Positions 56,327 through 64,000 of a stretch of 64,000 nucleotides of DNA are shown piece by piece. The stretch comes from an uncultured Verrucomicrobiota bacterium (GTDB lineage Bacteria; Verrucomicrobiota; Verrucomicrobiia; Limisphaerales; JAYPEY01). Both the position numbers and the translations under genes were made by a program. The notes beneath the pieces are model-generated. The model did not search any database and was not told where the DNA came from. It worked only from the letters and a program-made list of their open reading frames with translations. Where the stretch lies: positions 45,077-109,076 of the forward strand of contig CAZFLK010000002.1 in assembly GCA_964519245.1 (NCBI GenBank), given 5' to 3'. Within the stretch, counting starts at the first letter, position 1. The number at the start of each line of letters is the position of its first letter.

Positions 56327-57259
56327 TCATTCGCCCTTGAGCGCGGCGACCGTTTTTTCAAGGCTGGCGCAGTCGGCGACGTTGTGGATCTCGGTCTTGC
56401 GGTCGATGCGGCGCATGAAGCCGGTCAGCGCATTGCCGGGGCCCAGTTCGATGAAGCGGGTGAAGCCCAGGTTCATCAGTTGTCGGATCGATTCCTCCCA
56501 GCGCACGGACGAGGTGACCTGGTCCACGAGCAGCGGCGCAATCTGTGCGGGCGAACCGTGGGCTTCGGCTGTGACATTGGAGATGACCGGGACGGCGGGC
56601 GGGTTGATGGCGATGGCGTCCAGTTCCGCTTTCAACTTGGGTTGGGCGCCCGCCATCAGCGGCGAGTGGTAGGCCCCTGCGACGGTCAATGGCAGCGCGC
56701 GTTTGGCGCCCTTCTCCTTGGCGGCCTCGCAGGCGGATTCGATCTTGTCCGCAGCGCCGGAGATGACGATCTGGCCCGGGCAATTCAGGTTGGCGAGGGT
56801 GACGCCGGAGGCCTCGCAGACATCACGGGTTTGCGTTTCGTCGAGTCCGATGATCGCTGCCATACCGCCCTGGGTTTCGTCGCAGGCTTCCTGCATGAAG
56901 CGTCCGCGTTGCCGCACGACCCGAAGACCATCCTCGAAGCTCATGGCGCCGGCCGCGGCGAGAGCGGTGAATTCTCCGAGGGACAGTCCCGCCGTTGCGC
57001 CGAATTCCAGCTCCGGAGCCTGTTCCTTCAGGAGTTGCAACGCAATCCAACTCACCAGGTAGATTCCGGGTTGGGCGTTCTCGGTCTTGGTCAAGGCTTC
57101 CTCCGGGCCGTCGAAGCAGATCGACGCGAGGTCGTAGCCCAAGGCCTCGTTGGCTTGGTCGAACAGGCTCTTCGCCGTCGGATGATTCTCGGCCAGATCG
57201 CGCCCCATCCCCACGGATTGGGCGCCCTGACCGGCAAATAAAAGTGCAATCTTACTCAT
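56327..57259 (-). CDS. fabD: malonyl-CoA:ACP transacylase
   Basis: The internal ATG gives MSKIALLFAGQGAQSVGMGRDL. The active-site GLSLGEF is present (ATAGLSLGEFTALAAAG), as are AYHSPLM and VRWEESI. Confidence 0.93.
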   Translation of the reverse strand: MSKIALLFAGQGAQSVGMGRDLAENHPTAKSLFDQANEALGYDLASICFDGPEEALTKTENAQPGIYLVSWIALQLLKEQAPELEFGATAGLSLGEFTALAAAGAMSFEDGLRVVRQRGRFMQEACDETQGGMAAIIGLDETQTRDVCEASGVTLANLNCPGQIVISGAADKIESACEAAKEKGAKRALPLTVAGAYHSPLMAGAQPKLKAELDAIAINPPAVPVISNVTAEAHGSPAQIAPLLVDQVTSSVRWEESIRQLMNLGFTRFIELGPGNALTGFMRRIDRKTEIHNVADCASLEKTVAALKGE

Positions 57260-57433
57260 GGGAATCGGAGGACTAAACAGGAACGCCGGTCCATCGGGCA
57301 AGAATGGAATGGCGGCTGGCGGAGCGGAGGGGACGGTTTCCAGACGGTGTGCAGGGATTCTCCCGCTCCGTCGAGGTTTGGGATTGCCCGTGTTGTCAGG
57401 GGCTCTCGGCGCCGACGCTGACCGCGTTGGCGC

Positions 57434-58750
57434 CTACAGGGCCTTGGTCTTGCCGGGCACGGCGATGGGATACCAGCCGTCTTCGTCGGGCAGCACGGGA
57501 GGAGTGGAATTCATGGTGAGTTCCCGGCCGTAGGGAACGAGCTCGAGCTTGGAGTTCAGGGCGTCGTCGAACTCGATCTTCTTGCCGGAGTAGGTGGCCA
57601 TTCGGCCCAGAATGGCGGTCATCGTGCTGAGCGCGCCGTATTCCGCCTCCATGTGGTGGTTGTTCTCACGGATTGCCTTGAACAGGGGATAGTGTTCGAG
57701 TTGGTGCCCCTGTTCGCTTTTCTTGAGGCGCTTGGTCCAGGCATTGGGGCCGGTGATCTGGAAAAGCTTCCTTTGTTGGACCAGGTCCGCCGACCCTTTT
57801 GTGCCCATGGCGTGTTCGCTGACGCTGGTCCAGCAGCCTCGAATCTGGCGGCATTGACTGTAACAGCGGGCTCCATCCGCGAATTCGTATTCCACCTGGT
57901 GGTGGTCGTAGATCTGGCCGTTGATCCGCTTGTTGCGAACCTGCCGGCCTCCCATTCCCTGCGCGCGGACGGGGTAGCCGCCCTTGATCCAGTTCATCAC
58001 GTCGATGTTGTGGATGTGCTGTTCGACAATGTGGTCGCCGGACAGCCAGGTGAAATAGTACCAGTTGCGGATCTGGTAGCGCATCTCCTCCTCGTTGGGC
58101 AGGCGCTCCTTGCCGGCGCGGGCGTTGCCGTCCCAGTAGACCCGCAGGGAGACGACGTCGCCGATCGCGCCGTCGTGCAGGCGTTGGACGGCCTCCTGGT
58201 AAGTGGGTTGATGGCGTCGCTGCATGCCAACGCCGACTTTGAGGCCCTTCTGTTTGGCGATTTTGGCGGCGGCCAGGATTTTCCGCACTCCGGGAGCGTC
58301 GGTGGCCACGGGCTTTTCCATGAACACGTGCTTGCCTTGTTTGACCGCCTCTTCGAAATGAATGGGGCGAAAGCCCGGCGAGGTGGCGAGGATGCAGACG
58401 TCCGCCTCGGCGATCGCCTTCTTGTAATCCTCGAATCCGGTGAACTGGCGGTCCGGCGGCACGTCCACCTTGTCGTGATGCTGGGCGCGGATGGAGCTGA
58501 GGGACTTGGCGAGTTGGTTCTCGTCGACGTCGCACATGGCGACGAGTCGCGTGGGCCCCGGCGTGTTCATGGCCTGGACGCAGGCGCCGGTGCCGCGGCC
58601 GCCGCAGCCAATCATGGCGATCTTGATGGTGTCGTCCGGGGCGGCGTGGGCAAATCGTTCGGCGGAAAGCGTCGCGAGGGCGGCGGTTGGCAGCGCGGAT
58701 CTGGGTCCCGGCTTGGCGGCGGGGGCAATGGGGCGGTTCATGATCTTCAT
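57434..58750 (-). CDS. Gfo/Idh/MocA family oxidoreductase with N-terminal export (Tat-like) signal
   Basis: The ATG at 58750 gives MKIMNRPIAPAAKPGPRSALPTAALATLSAERFAHA. The Rossmann block is IKIAMIGCGGRGTG, and EKP is present in HVFMEKPVATD. The rest of the 1083-aa track ORF (58751-60685) is antisense to the cytochrome gene. Confidence 0.88.
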   Translation of the reverse strand: MKIMNRPIAPAAKPGPRSALPTAALATLSAERFAHAAPDDTIKIAMIGCGGRGTGACVQAMNTPGPTRLVAMCDVDENQLAKSLSSIRAQHHDKVDVPPDRQFTGFEDYKKAIAEADVCILATSPGFRPIHFEEAVKQGKHVFMEKPVATDAPGVRKILAAAKIAKQKGLKVGVGMQRRHQPTYQEAVQRLHDGAIGDVVSLRVYWDGNARAGKERLPNEEEMRYQIRNWYYFTWLSGDHIVEQHIHNIDVMNWIKGGYPVRAQGMGGRQVRNKRINGQIYDHHQVEYEFADGARCYSQCRQIRGCWTSVSEHAMGTKGSADLVQQRKLFQITGPNAWTKRLKKSEQGHQLEHYPLFKAIRENNHHMEAEYGALSTMTAILGRMATYSGKKIEFDDALNSKLELVPYGRELTMNSTPPVLPDEDGWYPIAVPGKTKAL

Positions 58751-58885
58751 GACAATGCCGCACGGTGAATTGATCAAGGAAGATTGCGGTATTTTCCGGG
58801 CTTGCCCCAGGTCGTTTCGGGTGGATCTTTCCGCGGGATTGCGCATTATTGCCGCCCGGTTGCGAAGAGTCGCTTCGAAGTGCCA

Positions 58886-60793
58886 ATGATCGACGTTTTG
58901 AATCAGTCTCAATTCAGGGTGGGCGCGCCACCGCTCGGACGGCGGGTTGGAGACCGCATGGGTGGCGCCTTGCGCGATGGTTTCGGACGCTTGTGCGTCG
59001 TCATTTTGTTGGCGGGGTGCGCTTGGAGCGGCGCGTCGTCCGGCGCCGGGGCGCCGGCGGAGAGCGCTGCGGCCGCGGAGCACCGGAAGCTTTTTGAACA
59101 GGAGCGTTATCCTTCGGCGACGGCCTGCAAGACCTGCCATCCGGGGCATTATCGGGAATGGTCTGTTTCCCAGCATGCCTACGCCCAGCTGAGTCCGATC
59201 TTCAACTCGATGCACGCGAAGATCGTGAAGTTGACCAACGGCTCGAACGGCGATTTCTGCGTCCGGTGCCACACGCAGGTGGGAATGAACATGGATGAGC
59301 CGGTGTTCATGAGCAACATGGACCGGCATCCGGTCTCGAGGGAAGGCATCACCTGCGTGGTCTGCCATCGTTTGGAGAATGAGTATGGCAAGGTCAGCGG
59401 ACGTTTTGCGTTGGTCGAGGGCGGCTTGAACACGCCGGTTTTCGGTCCCTCCGGAAACGCGGAGTTGAATCGCGTTCTGGCGGACCCGGGAAACTATCAA
59501 CTCACCACGGATCCGGCGGAACAGGGGCGCGTGGTGCATCCGGAGGTCAGGCAGGCGGGGCAGTTGACGACGTCCGGATTCTGCGGCGCCTGCCACGATG
59601 TGACCTTGAAGAATGGCTTTCGATTGGAGGAGGCCTTCAGCGAATTCAAGAATTCGCCGGCGGCCAAGCGGGGGGAGTCCTGCCAGGATTGCCACATGGG
59701 CAAGGTTCCGGGAAAGAAATCCGGCTATCGGCTGGAGCCGGCGGCCATCGTGGGCGGCGTTCCGACCGAGCCGCGCAAACGCACGAATCACATGTTTCCC
59801 GGGCCCGATTACCCAGTGATTCATGCCGGCATCTTTCCGCACAACCCCAAGGCCGCCGAATTGGCGACGATGCGCGAGTGGTTGACGTTCGACGACCAGG
59901 CGGGTTGGGGAACCGACGAGTATGAGCGGCGCGCGGACAAACAGAAGAAGTATCCCTCCCGGTGGCGGACGGTGGACGATCGTTATGACGCCCGGGCCGT
60001 GATCGATGAACAGGAGAAGTTGCTGGCGGAAATGCAGGAGCAACGGCTCGCCCTGCTGCGCGAGGGGTATCGGCTGGGTGAGTTGAAGGTGACCCGGGCC
60101 TCCCGGCGCGGATTGCGCTTCGACATTGAAGTCCGCAATGGCACGGACGGTCACAACGTGCCGACCGGCTTCGACGCCGAGCGCCTGACCTGGCTGCGGG
60201 TCACGGTGACCGATCCGGCCGGCGAGGTGGTTTTCCAATCCGGCGATCTGGATCCGAACGGCGATGTGCGCGATCTGCATTCGCATTACGTCCACGACGG
60301 CAAACTGCCCCTGGACCGGCAGTTGTTCAGCCTTCAGAGCAAGTTTCTGACGCGCAATTTCCGGGGCGGTGAGCGTGAGCAGGTGTTGCCCGTCAACTAC
60401 TCGCTTGACCCGCTGCCTTTCGTTCGTCCCGAGCCGTTCTCCGTCGTCCTCACCGGGCGTCCCTCCGATGCGCGGAAACACAAGCGGGGAATCGGCCCGC
60501 TCGAGAGCCGCATCGCGTCCTACAAGGTGAGCCGTTCGGCCCTGAAGGGCGAGGGCGACTACCGGATCAACGTCAAGCTTATGGCGGCCATGGTTCCGGT
60601 CAACCTGGTGCTGGAAATCGCCGACATGGGATTCGACTACCACATGACCGCCGAGGACGTGATCCAGGCTCTCGTGGCCGGCCACATGACGCTCTGGGAC
60701 AAGACGGTCACCGTTGCCCTCGACGGCGAGAAGCCCGCCTTCGATCTCGCCGGCACGCCGGAACCTGCCCGCAAGGATGGCAAGGGCAATTGA
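58886..60793 (+). CDS. pentaheme c-type cytochrome (probable lipoprotein) with a non-heme C-terminal domain of about 330 aa
   Basis: It has five CxxCH motifs: CKTCH, CVRCH, CVVCH, CGACH, CQDCH. The first sits in a cytochrome-c554-like context (CKTCHPGHYREWSVSQHA). A lipobox-like LLAGCAW is present. The start is ATG 58886 or, more likely for a lipoprotein, ATG 58958 (MGGALRDGFGRLCVVILLAGC). Confidence 0.85.
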   Translation: MIDVLNQSQFRVGAPPLGRRVGDRMGGALRDGFGRLCVVILLAGCAWSGASSGAGAPAESAAAAEHRKLFEQERYPSATACKTCHPGHYREWSVSQHAYAQLSPIFNSMHAKIVKLTNGSNGDFCVRCHTQVGMNMDEPVFMSNMDRHPVSREGITCVVCHRLENEYGKVSGRFALVEGGLNTPVFGPSGNAELNRVLADPGNYQLTTDPAEQGRVVHPEVRQAGQLTTSGFCGACHDVTLKNGFRLEEAFSEFKNSPAAKRGESCQDCHMGKVPGKKSGYRLEPAAIVGGVPTEPRKRTNHMFPGPDYPVIHAGIFPHNPKAAELATMREWLTFDDQAGWGTDEYERRADKQKKYPSRWRTVDDRYDARAVIDEQEKLLAEMQEQRLALLREGYRLGELKVTRASRRGLRFDIEVRNGTDGHNVPTGFDAERLTWLRVTVTDPAGEVVFQSGDLDPNGDVRDLHSHYVHDGKLPLDRQLFSLQSKFLTRNFRGGEREQVLPVNYSLDPLPFVRPEPFSVVLTGRPSDARKHKRGIGPLESRIASYKVSRSALKGEGDYRINVKLMAAMVPVNLVLEIADMGFDYHMTAEDVIQALVAGHMTLWDKTVTVALDGEKPAFDLAGTPEPARKDGKGN

Positions 60794-62192
60794 TCATCCG
60801 GCTTTCTCTTGCGCCGCGGGGCGCTGGTTGCTTGCTCGCCTGAGGGTCTGGGCGGCGTTGGGCATTCTTGTCGTTGTCCGAGCGGCTGCTGTGGAGCCGC
60901 AGTCCGCTGAGACGGGCGAGCTGCAACTCTCGGGATTTCCTCCGCGTCCCCGCCCTCTGATCGAACTGGGCGACAAGTTTCTCAGCCGGGGCAACCTGCG
61001 GAAAGGATTCAAGCTGCCGACCGGCGCGGTTTGGACGCCCAACCTCTGGGTCTACGGGAATTTCCGGACGGCCGTGCAAAGCTTTGATCCGGGAGCGGGG
61101 TCGCGACGAAACGAGTGGGTGAATCGGTTGGATCTCTTCGGCAACCTGGAGCTTTCGCCGACGGAGCGTATTCTCATCGGCCTCCGACCGCTGGATCACA
61201 AGGGCGATTTCACGGGGTTCAACTTTGAACCCGCCAACCGCCGCGGTTTCGAGGAGCGTTTTGACGAAACGAGTTTTCAGCCTCGCACGCTGTTTTTTGA
61301 GGGCGAGTTTGGCGAGGTCTTTCCCGGGTTGGATTCTGCGGACCGCCGCAGTCTGGACTACGGCCTGTCGGTCGGTCGGCAGCCGTTGCGGCTGCAGGAT
61401 GGCCTGCTGCTGGAGGACAACGCGATTGATCTGGTCGCCGTCACGCGCAATGCGATTCTGCCGCGCGGCGGTTCGCACCTGCGGGTGTCCGCGCTGTTTG
61501 GTTGGAACGAGGTCGATCGCGCCAACAACATCGAGGAGCAGGACGCCTATCTGCTGGGGTTGGATTCCTTCCTCGACCTCAAGCGCACGACGTTGGAATG
61601 GGATCTTCTGTATGTTTTGTCCCAGCGGCAAAGCGACGGCGTCTACGCCGGCCTCGGGGCGGTGCAGCGCCTGGGGAAGATCAACACCACCTTTCGGGTG
61701 GCCCAATCCATTGCCGTGGAGCGGGAGAACGCCCGCGTCGGCACGGGGACGCTGCTGTTCAGCGAATTGTCCTACACCCCGGCGCATACCCACGACATCG
61801 CCTACCTCAATGGATTCTGGGGCATCAACGAGTTTACCTCCGCCGTGCGCGACCCGTTTTCAGGAGGTCCGCTGGGGAGGACGGGGTTGACGTTTGCCGC
61901 GGTCGGCCTGGGCCGGTATGGGAGTCCGTTGAACAATGGGGCGGCGAATGCCGCGGGCGGTGCGATTGGCTACCAGATGTTCCTGGGCGAACGCAGGCGG
62001 CGGCAGGTCATCCTGGAGGGCGGCGGTCTCGCCTCGACCAATGGCGACGCCAATGCCGCGGAGGCTGCGGCAATCCGTTATCAGCAGGCCTTTGGTCGCC
62101 GTATGGTGATGATCGTGGATGCCTTTGGGGCGCTTCTCGAGGACAGCGAGGAATCCTTCGGGGGGCGACTGGAGTTTTTGGTGAAGTTCTGA
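60777..62192 (+). CDS. putative outer-membrane beta-barrel (porin-like) protein
   Basis: It lies between two multiheme cytochrome genes. The N-terminus is hydrophobic (RWLLARLRVWAALGILVVVRAAAVEP), the sequence is Gly/aromatic-rich with an alternating pattern, and it ends ...GGRLEFLVKF with a terminal Phe. The start is uncertain: the track start 60714 is TTG, and ATG 60777 overlaps the upstream stop by 17 nt. Confidence 0.5.
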   Translation: MARAIDHPAFSCAAGRWLLARLRVWAALGILVVVRAAAVEPQSAETGELQLSGFPPRPRPLIELGDKFLSRGNLRKGFKLPTGAVWTPNLWVYGNFRTAVQSFDPGAGSRRNEWVNRLDLFGNLELSPTERILIGLRPLDHKGDFTGFNFEPANRRGFEERFDETSFQPRTLFFEGEFGEVFPGLDSADRRSLDYGLSVGRQPLRLQDGLLLEDNAIDLVAVTRNAILPRGGSHLRVSALFGWNEVDRANNIEEQDAYLLGLDSFLDLKRTTLEWDLLYVLSQRQSDGVYAGLGAVQRLGKINTTFRVAQSIAVERENARVGTGTLLFSELSYTPAHTHDIAYLNGFWGINEFTSAVRDPFSGGPLGRTGLTFAAVGLGRYGSPLNNGAANAAGGAIGYQMFLGERRRRQVILEGGGLASTNGDANAAEAAAIRYQQAFGRRMVMIVDAFGALLEDSEESFGGRLEFLVKF

Positions 62193-62195
62193 GAC

Positions 62196-63203
62196 ATGGG
62201 GGGTGACGGGTCAACAAGGGGCGGGCGATTCGGACAAGGTTGGTCGGCAGGCCTTGGCCTCGCCGTCGCGCTTGCGGCCTCGGTTCCTTCGGTCCGGGGA
62301 GCGGATGGCGGAGGCCGGTTCGACGGGCCGGACAACTGTGCGGAGTGCCATCGTCCGATGCACGCCACCTGGATGCACACCGCGCACTACGGAACCTTTA
62401 CCTCGGCGCATCGGATGCGCAGCGGCCGTCGCGTCGCGGGACGGCTGGGCATTGAGCGAATCAAGCAGTCGGAAGATTGCGCTCGTTGTCATTACACGGC
62501 GCAGACTCGGCCGTTGGCGTCTGGCGGACGTCTTCCGGTGGCCGGGGTTTCCTGTGAATCCTGTCACGGTCCGGCCGGAAAGTGGAACGCCATCCATGCG
62601 GACCCGACCGATCCGGATGCCTTGGAAAAAGCCGAGGCGCTGGGGTTGATTCGTCCGGGAAACATCGGGGGCATGGCGCATCAATGCTTCAAGTGCCACA
62701 CGGTGAACGATGAGCGCCTTGTCAACCTGGGGGGGCACAATCCTGGCAGCGACTTTGAGATGGTCGCCTGGCTCGAAGGCGAAGTCCGCCACAATTTCAT
62801 TGATTCCAAAGGGGCCCGGAATGCGCCGACGCCGGTTGAGCGAAAACGGTTGTTTTACGTCGTCGGGCAGATTGTGGCTCTGGAGCGCGCCATCGCGGAG
62901 TTCGCTGACGCGACGGAAGCGGGCGACTTTGCGTCGATCCGAGTGGAGCGGCGAGCGGTGGCGTTGAAACGGTTGGAGGCGGTGCAGCGACGGGTGAAAT
63001 TGGAGGTCTTGGGGCGCGTCATTGAAACCGGCGTCAAGGCGGTTCTGAAGCGGGGCGACGACGAGGCGTTGCGCAACGCCGCCGGTTCGCTGCGCCGACT
63101 GGCGCAGGAATTTGCCGAGGGCAGGGACGGGAGCGAACTCGCGGCCATCGATGAGCTGCTGCCCCGAGCCGAGGACTATCTAGGGGATGTGTTTCGGCCG
63201 TGA
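62196..63203 (+). CDS. tetraheme c-type cytochrome with helical C-terminal domain
   Basis: ATG 3 nt after the barrel gene's stop, with a signal peptide (...LAVALAASVPSVRGA). It has four CxxCH motifs: CAECH, CARCH, CESCH, CFKCH. Confidence 0.8.
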   Translation: MGGDGSTRGGRFGQGWSAGLGLAVALAASVPSVRGADGGGRFDGPDNCAECHRPMHATWMHTAHYGTFTSAHRMRSGRRVAGRLGIERIKQSEDCARCHYTAQTRPLASGGRLPVAGVSCESCHGPAGKWNAIHADPTDPDALEKAEALGLIRPGNIGGMAHQCFKCHTVNDERLVNLGGHNPGSDFEMVAWLEGEVRHNFIDSKGARNAPTPVERKRLFYVVGQIVALERAIAEFADATEAGDFASIRVERRAVALKRLEAVQRRVKLEVLGRVIETGVKAVLKRGDDEALRNAAGSLRRLAQEFAEGRDGSELAAIDELLPRAEDYLGDVFRP

Positions 63204-63220
63204 GTGGTTGCGGGCGATTG

Positions 63221-64000
63221 TTATTCCAGCAACGCCTTCGCCCGCTTCTCCACCTCGCCCAGCAGCGCCTGTTGGATCGGGTTCAGTTTTCCGCGCCAGA
63301 AGGCGCCGACCGGAATGCTGCCGAAGTCGCGCAGCGGGAGGCTGCGAACGTTCTTTGGCATCCGTCGGTCCGGGATCATCACGGTCACGCCGATTCCGAA
63401 GTCGTTCTCCACGTAGGTGTCAATCAGGTCCAGGGAGTTGACCTCGATGCCGATCGGCCAGTCGACGCCGAGTTTGGACAGGCCTTTCTGGAAGAGTCGG
63501 CTGACGGCCTCGTTGGCCGGCAGGCTGATCAGGGTGTCGTCGATGCGGTCGCGCGTGGTGATGTCTTTGAGCGACTTGATCTTCCTGGACTTGTTCACGA
63601 GCAGGACCAGGGGCAGTTCGATGAGTTTCTGGGACTTGATGCCGGGGGGCGGGCGCCCCTCGATCGCGGTGACCGCCAAATCGATCTCCTGTTTGGCCAG
63701 CCACTCCTCAATGTCCGGCTGCAGTCCTTCCCGCATGGTGAGCTTCAGCCTGGGATACCTGCCGCGCAGATTCTTCAACATGGCGGGCAGATGGTCGCGG
63801 AGGATGATCGGCGAAGCGGCGATCCGGATCAGGTGCGTCGCGCCGCCGATGAGTTTCTCCGCCATGGATTCCAGGTTGCCGAAGAAGGGCTGAATGAACT
63901 CATAGAGTTCCTGCCCGGCCTGGGTAAGCTCGAAAGGGCGTCGCTGGAACAGGGTCAGACCGAGATAGTCCTCCAGTTGCAGGATCTGGCCGCTGATGGC
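63221..64000 (-). CDS. LysR-family transcriptional regulator, 5' end outside window
   Basis: The minus-strand frame is open from the window edge: ...AISGQILQLEDYLGLTLFQRRPFELTQAGQELYEFIQPFFGNLESMAEKLIGG..., which is the end of a LysR HTH and linker. A LysR substrate-binding domain follows (IRIAASPIILRDHLPAML...). The stop is at 63221. Confidence 0.85.
   Translation of the reverse strand, partial: AISGQILQLEDYLGLTLFQRRPFELTQAGQELYEFIQPFFGNLESMAEKLIGGATHLIRIAASPIILRDHLPAMLKNLRGRYPRLKLTMREGLQPDIEEWLAKQEIDLAVTAIEGRPPPGIKSQKLIELPLVLLVNKSRKIKSLKDITTRDRIDDTLISLPANEAVSRLFQKGLSKLGVDWPIGIEVNSLDLIDTYVENDFGIGVTVMIPDRRMPKNVRSLPLRDFGSIPVGAFWRGKLNPIQQALLGEVEKRAKALLE

Noticed and set aside
56314-56361. Longer N-terminus (TTG 56361) for the GcvH-like protein
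   Set aside because: It would overlap the end of fabD by 35 nt and adds a basic, non-conserved-looking peptide (MKKRSPRSRANDLLSG). The ATG at 56313 lies 13 nt after the fabD stop.
58751-60685. Upstream two-thirds of the 1083-aa minus-strand ORF 57434..60685
   Set aside because: Only the part from ATG 58750 downward is a recognisable Gfo/Idh/MocA enzyme with its own signal peptide. The remainder is antisense to the pentaheme cytochrome gene, which has five CxxCH motifs.

Overview
GC-rich 64 kb chromosomal window, about 47 protein-coding genes. I found no rRNA, tRNA, CRISPR array, transposase or integrase. All domain calls are from reading the translated ORFs and motifs; no HMM or BLAST search was run. 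Gene content points to the PVC superphylum (Verrucomicrobiota or Planctomycetota): four DUF1501 / DUF1549-DUF1553 gene pairs, an FG-GAP + membrane-bound-dehydrogenase + HEAT giant protein, DUF1080, DUF4197 and Tat-signal Gfo/Idh/MocA and SMP-30 enzymes. Housekeeping anchors are trpS, purS-purQ-purL, fabD and an ECF sigma operon. The candidates most worth a second look are: (1) a DUF116-polyprenyl diphosphate synthase fusion followed by a stand-alone prenyltransferase-beta/terpene-cyclase-like protein (49.5-52.2 kb); (2) directly upstream on the same strand, fabD, a GcvH-like protein, a COG0523-type GTPase, a small Cys protein and a 2x[4Fe-4S] ferredoxin (53.2-57.3 kb); (3) a pentaheme cytochrome, beta-barrel and tetraheme cytochrome operon resembling porin-cytochrome electron conduits (58.9-63.2 kb); (4) a blue-copper-like protein, HAMP adenylate cyclase and outer-membrane barrel operon (1.9-5.6 kb); (5) a translationally coupled TauD-like dioxygenase and nucleotidyltransferase near an ICMT-like membrane methyltransferase (43.4-46.8 kb). 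Small-scale structures include a perfect 29-bp hairpin between trpS and purL, a MITE-like element with 30-bp terminal inverted repeats, a nested-palindrome repeat family flanking the ferredoxin gene, a (GCGGGAT)x4 tandem repeat abutting a start codon, and a decayed ankyrin-like ORF with an in-frame TGA. The ORF track reports GTG and TTG starts as M, so several starts were moved to internal ATGs with signal peptides. Many very long ORFs are antisense artefacts of the high GC content.
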